NCBI GenBank assembly: GCA_964016885.1
Contig: OZ024741.1
Span: 17,980,001-18,044,000, forward strand
Reading direction: 5' to 3'
Source of the DNA: Eledone cirrhosa
Taxonomy: Eukaryota
Length of the DNA stretch: 64,000 bases
Part shown: positions 24,184-39,634 of the stretch, piece after piece
Layout: every line of letters begins with the position of its first letter
How positions within the stretch are numbered: the stretch's first letter is position 1
The notes under the pieces: model-generated
Told to the model about the DNA's origin: nothing
The model's database searches: none
What the model saw: only the letters and a program-made list of their open reading frames with translations
Made by a program: the position numbers and the translations under genes

Positions 24184-24510
24184 AGGTGCGCTTTTCAAAT
24201 CCTTTTTTATCATTTTTATTATATAACGTGATCTGCATAGAACATTTATTAACGCCAAACTTTTTTTCATAATATATTTAACTTTGATGACTTTGGTAAG
24301 TTTTGGCCAGTATTAGCCCAGGCCGTGTCTAATTTAATAGCACCACCTGGCGAAGTCTTTCAAATCAGTGTTGGGACACCATGGCTCGCTCAAGTAAAGA
24401 GTTATTGAATACGGAGACATTTCTGGGTGTCGGAGGTTTATCCGGAATTTCTTGGAGGAATTTGTCCAAAGACGTTTTGAATTTTATTGTGTCTGTTTCT
24501 GTTTTAATGT
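24182..24510 (-). mobile_element. 3' end of a CR1/L2-group LINE
   Basis: [20 protein letters not shown] resembles the CR1/L2-group ORF2 C-terminus; 3' UTR follows. Confidence 0.6.
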
Positions 24511-24527
24511 GTGTGTGTGTATATATA

Positions 24528-24692
<165 letters not shown>

Positions 24693-25073
24693 ATAAGTGT
24701 ATGTAAAAGATAAATATATATATATTTCAAGAGATAAGAGTAACATGGTTGTCTGTACAATAAGGGCTTTAGTCACAGTGCTGACAATTGTTTCTTTGAT
24801 CTGGTAGGTCTAGAGTTCGCTAATCGCTAGATGTTGCGTCAATCGAACTCCAATACTTTGTTTATAACCAGTTAATTCATCAGAGCGAGCGAATGTGAGG
24901 ATAATATACAAGGCATGGCTTTTATAGAGGAGTGGTATTAGACCAGAACCCTGGTCTAATAATAGACCACGGAGTACTCTAACTGGACTACCTCTAAGTG
25001 GGTGCCTATAGTGATAACTTGTTATCCCGTATATATATATATATATATATAATGACGAAATGTTATATATATA

Positions 25074-25119
<46 letters not shown>

Positions 25120-25332
25120 CATATATATATATCTATATGTATATATAGTGTATTTTGCAAACAGGGGGGAGATAAAGCTGACAAGGCCTTGTTTCTGCAT
25201 TTATTTATGCTTATCAAAGCCAACTACTCCTCCCGTTTGCTGAGAACCTGGATGTTATGTTCTTATAGAATTCTAGTAAATAATCAGGAACTGATTATAC
25301 AGAGCGGTTGCCGGTCAAGCAGAAATTAAAAA

Positions 25333-25790
25333 TTAGAACTGGTGCTCTGAAATAGCTATATATATATGAATGTATATATAGTGTATTTTGCAATACACTT
25401 TATGCTTAATTAAAAGCATTTTGAAGACCTTATGCTATTGTTTTAAAGTAGTGACAGACTCACTTACTTTAATTTCAGCAAACAGGGGGAGATAAAGCTG
25501 ACAAGGCTTTGTTTCTGCATTTATTGATGATTATCAAAGCCAACTACTCCGTGATTTCAGCAAACGGGAGGAGTAGTTGGCTTTGATAAGCATCAATAAA
25601 TGCAGAAACAAGGCCTTGTCAGCTTTATCTCCCCTTGTTTGCTGAAATTAAAGTAAGTGAGTCTGTCACTACTCTAAAACAATAGCATAAGGTCTTCGAA
25701 ATGCTTTTAATTAAGCATAAAGTGTATTGCAAAATACACTATATATACATTCATATATATATATGGCTATTTCAGAGCACCAGTTCTAAT
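25333..25790. repeat. Long inverted repeat (about 220-bp arms); partial third copy at about 25140-25240
   Basis: 25333-25550 is the near reverse complement of 25570-25790. Confidence 0.88.
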
Positions 25791-25936
25791 ATATCTCTCT
25801 CTATATATATATATATATACATACATATATATATCTCTATATATATATACATACATATATCTATATATATATATATATATACATACATATATATATACAT
25901 ACACGCAGATATATATATATGTATATATATATATAC

Positions 25937-26338
25937 ATGGTGGCTGCCAACTCGTTTTCGAGTACGGCCACTACTTTATATCCATGTAGGAGAACCCCTA
26001 CTGATGCGCTGAACGAGTGTGAATTTTTAGTCCAGCCTGCAACTTGAAAACTCTGGTACAAACACTACACTTGTGACAATTACTGACACATAGTGCTGGG
26101 CCCATGGTATCATGTGACGACAAGTGCAGAGAGATCTCCAGATATAAAGCAATGCCTGTGCCGTGAAGCTTTTATAGTGAGCAAAGGCACTGCACAAAGC
26201 CAGTCCCACTCTCTTAACCAAGATGATATTTACCAAAAAGAAGAACAAGTCAACATCATTGGATACCATCAGGGTTGCAGGTGTTATATCAGAGTTTTCC
26301 TTCTCCTAGAATTCTGCCTTGGCAAAGGCTAAGGGGTC
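25937..26338 (-). mobile_element. RTE-derived bipartite non-autonomous element
   Basis: RTE-type 5' motif TAGGAGAAGGAAAACTCTGA joined to an ORF2 3' end; matches 33591-33965. Confidence 0.72.
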
Positions 26339-26404
26339 ATACATACATATATATATATATACATACATAGCATTCTATTCCACAAATAGCCGTCGATGTA
26401 TTTT

Positions 26405-26506
<102 letters not shown>

Positions 26507-26509
26507 ATG

Positions 26510-26707
26510 TATAAACTCCCCTTTCCGACGCATAATCTAGAAAGTTTCCCTTCCGAGGCACAAGTCCGAGCAAGATTGTCCAAGGGATAGGCAAAGGCCG
26601 GTATAGGGTGGTGACTTCGCAACTCATCCCGACAGGACATTCGGTCGGGATATCGAACTTACAACTTAACCACTGTAAGCCCAAATCTCCAACCTCCAAG
26701 CTATTCA

Positions 26708-26710
<3 letters not shown>
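26510..26710 (-). mobile_element. Degenerate tRNA-headed SINE
   Basis: B-box-like GTTCGATATCCC near the 5' end; flanked by (TA)n. Confidence 0.5.
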
Positions 26711-26806
<96 letters not shown>

Positions 26807-27017
26807 TTTATTTTGTTTGACCTGTTTAGCTTGATTTGTTTTTTGGCTTAGGTGGTTAATGCCTTCTTAACCACTGTTTCAATTTGTATGGCGTTCTATA
26901 TATATGTTTAGCTCTGGGTTTTTTAAACTATGGAGCGCTTGCCAGCATTTCTACGATTTTGCGTTTCGTTTCACTTTTTCTACCAGCCGAAATACGATTC
27001 TAGCTGAATTATATTTG

Positions 27018-27104
<87 letters not shown>

Positions 27105-27632
27105 GCACAAATACAGACACACATTCGTCACACAAGCGAACACTAACAATTACATACAGGCTTACACAAACGTACGCACTTATACACATATACACACACA
27201 TATACCTACACACACATATACCTACACATACATATACCTACACCCAGAAAGAGTTGCTGCACATTTCCATCGGTATTCTAGCTATCTGAGGTATTTGAGT
27301 GCTTGCGACATACAAAGAAACATTAAGTATTTTTTATATATATAATACATATAGAAAGCAGTCAACCGTTGCGTGTGTTCATTGGAAACCGTGTTAGCTT
27401 GACGAATCAGTTGTAGAAAATATCTTTGAAAAGCTCGTTCTTTTATATTATGTTGACGCAGATCAGTGAAATATAGTCGGGCACTTAAATACAGACGTTC
27501 ACACCCACATTTTATATCTTAACAGTGTCTATATTCAGATGAGCTTGCAATATTACAGATAAATGTTATATATATCGTTGTGTGTGTATATATACATAGA
27601 TATACATAAATATGCATCTTCCACACAAACAC

Positions 27633-27720
<88 letters not shown>

Positions 27721-27735
27721 GTGTGCGTGTGTGTG

Positions 27736-27767
<32 letters not shown>

Positions 27768-27887
27768 CGCTAAGTCGCGTCTGACAAGGGTTGGGCTCCG
27801 GCCTCGTCAGATTTAAATGCATGTATGCCATGACGGCGCCCGTACGACTCTTGTCATGAGTTATGAGCCCATTAATATATATGTATA

Positions 27888-28701
27888 TCTATATACATAA
27901 ATGCCAATTTCTGTCTGTTTGTGGATTTGTTTGTGAACTCAAAACTCAAAAACTACCAAACCGATCTTGATGAAACTTGTGTGGGTGTCATGTCCATTTA
28001 ATTTCTTACGTATATTTCATTTTAATCAAAGGGTTTCCCAGGGGCTCAAACCCCCGCTGAATATGTATTCCATTCGATTTATATGAAATTTAAACGATAG
28101 GTAAATGACAAGATATGATGCCTATTCACAAAATTTCAGCAAATTTCAATAATATTAAGACACCCTTATGGGGGTTAAACACCCTATAGTGAAAACTTTG
28201 GCCAATAAATGGAACAAGATTTCACGAATTCCTCCTATGGTTTTGGAGATAGACTCCCCATAACCTTATATATTCTGAAACTACATTGCCCAGAGTACTT
28301 GGATAAGAATATTTCATTTTAATCAAAGGGTTCCCCGGGGGCTCAAAATCCCCGCTGAAATTTCTTTCCATTCGATTTATATGAAATTTAAACCATAGGT
28401 AAATGACAAGATATGATGTCTGTTCACAACATTTCAGCAAATTTCAATAATATTAAGACACCCTAATGGGGGTTCTATCTTTTCCCTTATAACAACACTC
28501 AACTTCTCTGACAAACATTTTGTCGCCTGTCCAATGCAATCAACAATATTTGTTTGTATTATTGTTTCGTAAACGAATTTGTCTTCGCTTTTGGTTATCT
28601 GTCCTATATTTGGATTTCATTTTTGGTCTGAGAGGCATTGGGCATTTTAATGGGAACTGGGAATACCCCCGTTCCCGGGTATTACCGGGTACCTCAGCTA
28701 G
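27888..28701 (+). mobile_element. Non-autonomous Helitron with internal duplication
   Basis: A|TC start; 3' CCCGGGTATTACCGGG hairpin and CTAG|T; about 28010-28175 repeated at 28310-28475; related to 61170-61680. Confidence 0.82.
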
Positions 28702-28714
28702 TATATATATATAT

Positions 28715-28747
<33 letters not shown>

Positions 28748-28751
28748 TAAG

Positions 28752-29297
<546 letters not shown>

Positions 29298-29366
29298 GGA
29301 AAAATGAAACGAAATTTCATTTCCCACTCTTAGTACGGCTGTTACTTAAATATAAGTATGTACACG

Positions 29367-31419
<2,053 letters not shown>

Positions 31420-31458
31420 ATAATATTAATAAATGGAAACTATCTTTATAAAACCATA

Positions 31459-31524
31459 TATATTTTATTATATATATTTCAAGTGTACCACAATTTTTGG
31501 TACGCTCTCATCAGATAAAATATA
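31459..31524 (-). ncRNA. Type-I hammerhead ribozyme, second copy (within unit about 31397-31695)
   Basis: Same motif as 28995-29060, with one stem-II mismatch. Confidence 0.83.
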
Positions 31525-31692
31525 AAAGTTGTTTTACAGATAGTGACATATTCAAAACAAGAACTTATCGTTTTGACTTCTGTTTGAATAGTTTGACTAT
31601 TCAAACAGAACTTAAAACGATAAGAACATAAAATAAATATTGAGTACTCTGGTGCGTTATGGTCCATCTGATTCCTTACCACAATTCGTTTG

Positions 31693-31748
<56 letters not shown>

Positions 31749-31799
31749 AAAGGAAAAGAATGACATCACTTGTAGTTCTAAACAATTTGATTTAATATT

Positions 31800-31880
31800 A
31801 TAATTGTTTCTACTTTTGGCACAAGGCCAGCAATTTCCCAGTGTATTACTGGTACTTTATTTTATCGACCCCGTAAGGAT
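31800..31880 (-). mobile_element. SINE 3' fragment
   Basis: Matches the 3' half of 20805-20990; a similar plus-strand piece lies at about 10805-10855. Confidence 0.72.
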
Positions 31881-32089
31881 TATAATATTATAATATTATG
31901 AGTTGGTAGATCTAGTACGTTCTTTGTTAACTTCGGTGGGAAGATTTTTAAAGATTCCTGGTTAACTTTCCTGGAGAACTTTCTCGCATTCGTCGGTGGC
32001 GGTGGCGATTGTCAAACAGAGATCTGGTTGACATTCTTTTTAAGCATAATATTTCTCTTTTTCGATTCTTTATTTCTCACCGTTTAATA

Positions 32090-32430
32090 AGTGTCTGTGT
32101 GTGTATGTGTGTATGTGTATGTATGTGTGTGTATGTGTGTGGGTTTACGTGAAAATATATCAATGGTTTGCAGGTCTGTGTGAGTGTGTGTGTGAGAGAG
32201 TGTGTATGTGTGAGTGTGTATGTGCGAGTGTGTATGTGTGTGGGTTTACATGAAAATATATCAATGGTTAGCACGTCTGTGTGTGTATGTATGTGTATGT
32301 GTGTGTATGTGTGTGGGTTTACGTGAAAATATATCAATAGTGTCTAGGTCTGTGTGAGTGTGTGCGTGTGTGTGAGAGTGTTTATGTGTGTGGGTTTATG
32401 TGAAAATGCATCAATGGCATGCAAGTGTGT
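32090..32430. repeat. Minisatellite, four units with core GTGGGTTTACGTGAAAATATATCAATG and (GT)-rich spacers
   Basis: Direct reading. Confidence 0.8.
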
Positions 32431-32719
32431 GCGTGTGTGTGTGTGCGTGCGATTGTGTACAAACGTATATAAGTGAAATTAATCGATAAAGTACTCAATG
32501 AGGTGAAGTTGAGTGTAATAAGTTAGCTAGATATTTACAGAGAGATTCCCACCCACAGAAGTCTCAATTGTAACAATACATATATTGAGGTGACCGTGCC
32601 AAAGAAGGGACATACACCACCAATATTATAGTTATGTATATATACATATAAGTATGTGTATATATAAGAATATATACAATCATAGATAGAGAGAGAGAGT
32701 AAAAGAGTATATATATATA

Positions 32720-32920
<201 letters not shown>

Positions 32921-32940
32921 GTATGTATATATACATATAC

Positions 32941-33006
<66 letters not shown>

Positions 33007-33388
33007 ATATATATATATATCATATTTATATATATATACATACATATATATATATAATCTTTGATTCATGAAATAGTATGTGTAACGAAATATTAGTTCT
33101 AAGCTAGACAACAACAACTTTAACAAAAACAACAACAGCCATTTCAATAGACGGCGGCCATTGTATGAAGGGTTACAAAAGATAAAATATATTAGTTTCC
33201 GGTGTACTGTTGGTTCTAACCTCATTAAAAAAGGTATTTTAAGGAGAATCGAGCAACGAATAATGGCTGCTTCCAGTTATTATCTTTGACGTTATAACGT
33301 AACTTGTATGTCTGGCTGTATGTAGGTAATGTCTATATATATATATATACGTATGTGTGTATAGATGCATATGTGTAGACATGTTTAC

Positions 33389-33424
<36 letters not shown>

Positions 33425-33590
33425 ATATACATACCTGCGTGTGTGTTTCAATATGTATCTATGTATGTAATGTATGTAATGTATGCATGTATGTATGTGT
33501 GTGTATGTGTATAAGTATGTATATATGTGTGTATGTGTATATGTATATATGTATGTGTGTATGTATGTATGCATGTATGTATGCATGTAT

Positions 33591-33965
33591 GAATTCTAGG
33601 AGAAGGAAAACTCTGATATAACACCTGCAACCCTGATGGTATCCAATGATGTTGACTTGTTCTTCTTTTTGGTAAATATTATCTTGGTTAAGAGAGTGGG
33701 ACTGGCTTTGTGCAGTGCCTTTGCTCACTATAAAAGCTTCACGGCAGAGGCATTGCTTTATATCTGGAAATCTCTGCACTTGTTGTCACATGGTACCATG
33801 GGCCCAGCACTATGTGTCAATAATTGTCACAGGTGTAGTGTTTGTACCAGAGTTTTCAAGTCGCTGGCTGGACTAAAAAGTCACACTCGTTCAGCGCATT
33901 GGTAGGGGTTCTCCTACATGGATATAAAGTAGTGGCCGTACTCGAAAACGAGTTGGCAGCCACCA
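33591..33965 (+). mobile_element. RTE-derived bipartite non-autonomous element in (TATG)n
   Basis: RTE 5' motif plus terminal C2H2 remnant [22 protein letters not shown]. Confidence 0.75.
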
Positions 33966-34318
33966 TGTATATATGTATGTGTATAAGTATGTATGTATAT
34001 ATTATGTATGTAAGTATGTTTGCGTATATGTATGTATGTAAGTATGTATTATATATATGTATATATGTATATAACCTATATATGTATATAATGTATGTTT
34101 GTATATAACGTATGTTTGTATATAAAGTATATATATTGTATGTATGTTTAGGTGGGTGTTGTCACAGTGGTGTGTTAACGTGCCGAATATATTACGTCTT
34201 GTTTCAATATCAACAGACGAATTCAACCTGACATAGTCTTTCATTTTCACCTCTTCTTCTTCTTCTTCTTCTTCTTACTGTCACCATCATCATCAGTATC
34301 GGTATGTATATATATATG

Positions 34319-34352
<34 letters not shown>

Positions 34353-34370
34353 TGTATGTATGTATGTACG

Positions 34371-34404
<34 letters not shown>

Positions 34405-34434
34405 TGTATGTATGTATGTATGTATGTATGTATA

Positions 34435-37400
34435 TTCTTCTGGTTTTATAATTTCACAAATTTTACCAATAGAGAGAGAGTCGGTTTCTAACATAGACAC
34501 AAAACTCTCTCATTGGAATTCACACAACATCAACTAGGTAGATATGTATGTATGCATGCATGTGTAGATATGGATGTTATTGTATGTGTGGATGTGGATG
34601 TTTTGAGTTGTATGTGTGCATGTGTATATGCTTTGTACCTGTACATGTGTATATACAGTTATTAGATGCAACATTTTTGGAATGTTTTACATATTTTTAC
34701 TGTTCCATTAATAGATTGTACTTGTAATTTCCTCATTAGTTGTGTTCTTTCAGTTCCTGTGAAGCCTAGCTTCTCAAGATTTGTATTGAGGCAGTTACTA
34801 ACATATCCCAGTGCCCCAATAATCACAGGCATAAATCTGAAGGTGTAATCAGGGTGGAATATCTGCAGATTCCTCATCAGTTCTGCATAAATATTCTCCT
34901 TTTCGCTAATCTTTGATATTATATTGGTATCTGCTGGGCAGCTAACTTCCACTACTGTGCATGTTTTCTTCTCCCTGTCCCATATCATCATATCTGGTCT
35001 GTTACGCCTGCATTTTATTGGGGTTTTTACTGGCACATTCCACCAGTACTGTTTCATATGTACATGGATGTCTTCCACATTGTTGTAGCTTTTAATGTGT
35101 TTATTATCGGGGCTATCTTTTTTACGAACTGCATTGTACAGTGTTTTGGCCACTACATCATGCCTCATAGGAAGATAGTACCACGATGACATCTTTGGGC
35201 AGCTGCTGATGACATGGGTGCTATCCTCGATGTTAATTCTGCAGAGTCTGCACTTGTTATCACATCTAGGTGTTTTGCCTGCATCCCTATCTCTTTTGTG
35301 AATCAGGTATTTCGTACTAATCTCCTGTTTCTGGATTGCAAAAGCGTATCCTTCAAAGTGGGAGCCAATATAGCGGTTGTTGGTCCAAGATAGACTACTT
35401 TCCTTATCTATATTACTCTCACTCTGGAGCTTCCTGGCAACATATCCATGCATGATTTTTTGCTGATAGGCATGCAGTTTTTCATCCATGGATTCTCTTC
35501 GATACTGCTGAGCGACATCCCTGGGTGTGAGCTTTTGATTATCACATAGAATATCTCTCAAGGAGTTGCTTCCCAACTCTCATGATCTTATCTGGTTCAT
35601 GCAGATAGACTTGCTCGAGAAGCGGGCTCCTACGCTTCGAGGTTCGTAGATGTTGTCGGAGAGATATGATGCGACCTTCAAATGTTGTCTGGACTGATGT
35701 TAGGCCTCTGCCTCCCTGCTTACGTTTCAAGTAAAGGCGGTCTATGTCACTGTTGATGTGAAGTTTCCGGTGTTGTTCAGTATTTTTTGAGTTCCAACAT
35801 CAACTGCTCGGATTTCGTCTATCGTCCAATTGAGTATTCCAAACGTTGGAGTTAGGACAGGCACAGCAAACACATTGTGAGCCACTGTTTTGTTTTGCGC
35901 AGAGAGTTCCGATGACCAGATCTTTCTTAATCGGGTGTAGTATTCCCTGGTTACGCGTTCTTTATTACAGATACCATTATAGGATATGTTCTCATCTATC
36001 CCCAGGTATCTGTAGCAGTCCTCATCAGATATCGGTGAAACAGTTAGACCATTGATGACAATGTTGCTAGATTGGGTTGTTGTTTTTCCCCGCTTTACAG
36101 TCACGCATGACCATTTATCTTGGCCAAACTCCATTCCTATATGCTTTGAGAACGTTGTAACCAGGTCAAGATTTTTCTTCATCCCATTCATGTTCTTGGC
36201 ATAGAGTTTCAGATCGTCCACAAAGAAGTTATGGATTAGGTTCGTATTTCTGTCCTCCTGTGAGCCAATGATGTATCCCTCACATTTCTTGAGCAGAAAG
36301 GACAAGGGGTTTAATGACAAGATGAACAATATCACAGAGAGACTGTCTCCCTGAAATATACCCCTGCAATATTTTATTTTATCAGTGAAAATAGAGTCCT
36401 CCCTCTCTGTCTTTAACCTTAGGATAGTAGCCCAAGAAGAAGACAGCCTCTCTATGGCTCTGATAATAATGTCTGGGACTTTAGCAAGTTGGAGGGCCTC
36501 TATCATCCAAGAGTGGGGAACAGAATCGAAAGCTTTCTTGTAGTCCAGCCAGACTGTAGTCATATTCCTCCTAAGTTGTCGCACCTCTGATATCGCAGTT
36601 TTGTTGATTAGGAGTTGTTCAACATATCCCCAAACCCTTTTCTTTCCAGCTGCTTGTTCATCTGTGATGATGTTATCATTTTCACAGTGATCTTGGAGGA
36701 ATATGTTCAGGCAGGCTGTATACATCTTATACATCAGGTTCTGGCATGCAATGGCTCGGTAGTTTTTTGCCAAGTGGGTGTCTTTGTTCTTGGGGACCAG
36801 TAACGTTTGTGCTAATGTCAACCATTCTGGTATAAGTGTATCTCCCTTAAGAACTTGTTGGTAGAGGTCAGTAAGATACCTCCGATAGAATATTAGTTGT
36901 TTGTACCAGTAGCCGACAATCATGTCTCTTCCTGGTGTTTTCTTATCTTGCAGTTTTCCTATCACAGTCTCAAGGGTACCCTCACTTATTTTGTATGTTT
37001 TTGTTGCAGTGTAGGAGCAATAGTTCTTTTGGATTTCTCTTAGCCACACTGCATCTTGGTTGAAATTCTTCTTTTCACCCCATATTTTTCTCCAAAAGGA
37101 ATCTATGTCTTTCTGGGATGGGGCCTCAGCGACACTTATTATTTTGCCCTTCATATCTCTATAGACTGATGTTTGGTTACGTCTGAATCTTTTATTAAGC
37201 ATTTTTCTCTCATCTACCTTCTTCAGGTATCGGCGTTTTTCGCTAACAGCTCTCAATTCTTGTTTGCGGGTGATCAGCTTATATTGGAGAGTTCTGGTTC
37301 TACTGTTACCAAACATCGTCTCTATTTTATTTTTCACTCTTTGTTGGTGAGGAGTGAGTTTTTTTTGTGTTTGTTTGCATGTAAGGAGCATTGTCACATG

Positions 37401-38503
37401 TCCTATGTTTTTTCGTAGGTCAGCACTCTTTTTTTCTATTTTAGTTATATATGATGGTATTTTTGTTGGTGTCTTGTTCTTGTTAATATCTCTGCTATCA
37501 CCAAGATAATGCTTCACTGTCATTGCTAAGGCATATAAACAGGCGTTGATTTGCCAAAATGTTGGGGTTTTTATCCGTCGTAATTATTCAACCCCTATTT
37601 CGTCAATAACACGTAGTATTTGATTATTTGGTTTTTTATTCACCATTGTCATTTTAACACGTTCAGCCAGAGAGATATTTATACATGAGTTAATTTCTCT
37701 CTGGAACATTTCGTTGAGGGAAATTTTCAATTCTTTATACTTTTGATTATCATTATCGATAGTATTTTCCACAACAGTCGAGGTAGACTCGGATGGTATA
37801 CGTGGTGTCACATTTATTCGATTATTATTATTATCGATAGTGTTTTCCCCAGCATTCGAGGTAGACTTAGATGGTACAGGTGGTGTCGAGCTTTTTACAG
37901 GCATAGTTGTTTCAAGGCGCTGTTCGACCTGGCTGCTAGGAAGTCTAGTAGCATGGCGACCTGTAACACGTGTTGATTCCATGTTTGTTGTGGGGGACTT
38001 ACAATTAATAATATTTATCTTATTTTTACGTTCAACAAACGTCGCTTGTTGGCGTAATTGTTTCGCTGTGAAATAATTTAGCTCTGGGTGCATTTCGTCC
38101 CAGTGTAGCTTCATATAGCCAATGGAGGGATTGTTTTTTGCCACTTTATAACAATTAAATAAATCATTATTAAGTTCGCAACTCCAAGAGAAATGCGATT
38201 TATAATTTCGGTTTCTTCTGTAGCTACAACTTGTTATTTGTCTTCGATACTTCCTTAATTTTTTTGTTGATGTTGTGTTCAGCCCTGCTGTTTGTAGCAA
38301 ATCCTTGTAAAATGAATTATGTATTTAGTCGGATATCTCTACGAATTCGAATAAAAGATGTCTTCAAAAGGGATAGTTAGAAGAATAACCAGTTATTCAA
38401 CCTGGCTGTAGTTGTGGCATTACTGTCGGAGATAGTATTCATCTTAAATTTAATAAATAGTCTCCCACGCCAAAATATGCGACTGATCGCGTTGACTGAC
38501 TGT
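34435..38503 (-). mobile_element. R4/Dong-like RLE LINE family D3, near full length, flanked by (CATA)n
   Basis: Coding fragments span N-terminus to RLE; 3' end GAAGAA is followed by (TACA)n. Confidence 0.9.
34662..38300 (-). pseudogene. D3 ORF (RT plus RLE), several frameshifts
   Basis: [53 protein letters not shown]. Confidence 0.9.
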
Positions 38504-38546
38504 TATGTATATATGTATGTATGTGTGTATGTATCGATTATGTATG

Positions 38547-39087
38547 TTCTTCTGGTTTTATAATTTCACAAAGTTTTACCAATAGCGAGAGTCGGTTTCT
38601 AACATAGACACAAGACTCATTAGAATCAACTAGATAGATACGAGGCAATATAGCGGTTGTTGGTCCAAGATAGACTACTTTCCTTATCTATATCACTCTC
38701 ACTCTGGAGCTTCCTGGCAACATATCCATGCATGATTTTTTGCTGATAGGCATGCAGTTTTTCATCCATGGATTCACTGCGATACTGCTGAGCGACAACC
38801 CTGGGTGTGAGTTTTTGATTATCACAAAGGTAATATCTCTCGAGGAGTTCCTTCCCAACTCTCATGATCTTATCTATTTCATGCTGATCGACTTGCTTGA
38901 GAAACGGGCTCCTACGCTTCGAGGTTCGCAAATGTTGTCGGAGGGATTTGATGCGACATTCAAATGTTGTCTGGACTGATGTTAGGCCTCTGCCTCCCTG
39001 CTTACGTTTCAAGTAAAGGCGGTCTATGTCACTGTTGATGTGGAAGTTTCCGGCGTTATTTAATATTTTTCGAGTTCTAGCATCAAT
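38547..39087 (-). mobile_element. D3 second copy, 5'-truncated and internally deleted
   Basis: 38547-38635 matches the D3 3' end; 38645-39087 matches about 35365-35805. Confidence 0.87.
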
Positions 39088-39205
39088 GTATGTATGTGTG
39101 TATGTATGTACGTACGTGCATATGTGTGTATGTTTGTAGGTATTTTTACATCTGTATACATACATATATATATACACACACACACACGAACGCATGCAGA
39201 CACAC

Positions 39206-39240
<35 letters not shown>

Positions 39241-39261
39241 TTGAGAAATAAAATTTAAAAT

Positions 39262-39318
<57 letters not shown>

Positions 39319-39634
39319 AAAGAAATAGGATTTCGCTTCAAACATCGCTTTATACAATTTGTATAAATATTTCTCCAAAGAAATACGGTTTTATGAAGCC
39401 GTAGTTATGCAAGCACCGGGGAGCTAACGCCCTCTGGTGTTGTCCAGCAGAAGCAAGGGGGACAATCACCTATGCATTTCAGGCTTAACTGGCCATCGTG
39501 AGGACGGTCCCTCCCACCGCTTGCGACTGCTGGGCTAGAAGATAGGCGAGAATATATTGTTTTCTCGTCTGTGTAAATAAGTTGAGCCAACTTATGCAAC
39601 TTCATATGCAAATGAGATTAATCACCTCCGTGAG

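Noticed and set aside
32090-32430. Repeat-spacer pattern resembling CRISPR
   Set aside because: Spacers are GT microsatellite, the context is eukaryotic, and there are no cas genes.
39320-39634. Unique segment with ATGCAAAT octamer upstream of B1
   Set aside because: A single 8-mer with no associated gene is expected by chance.
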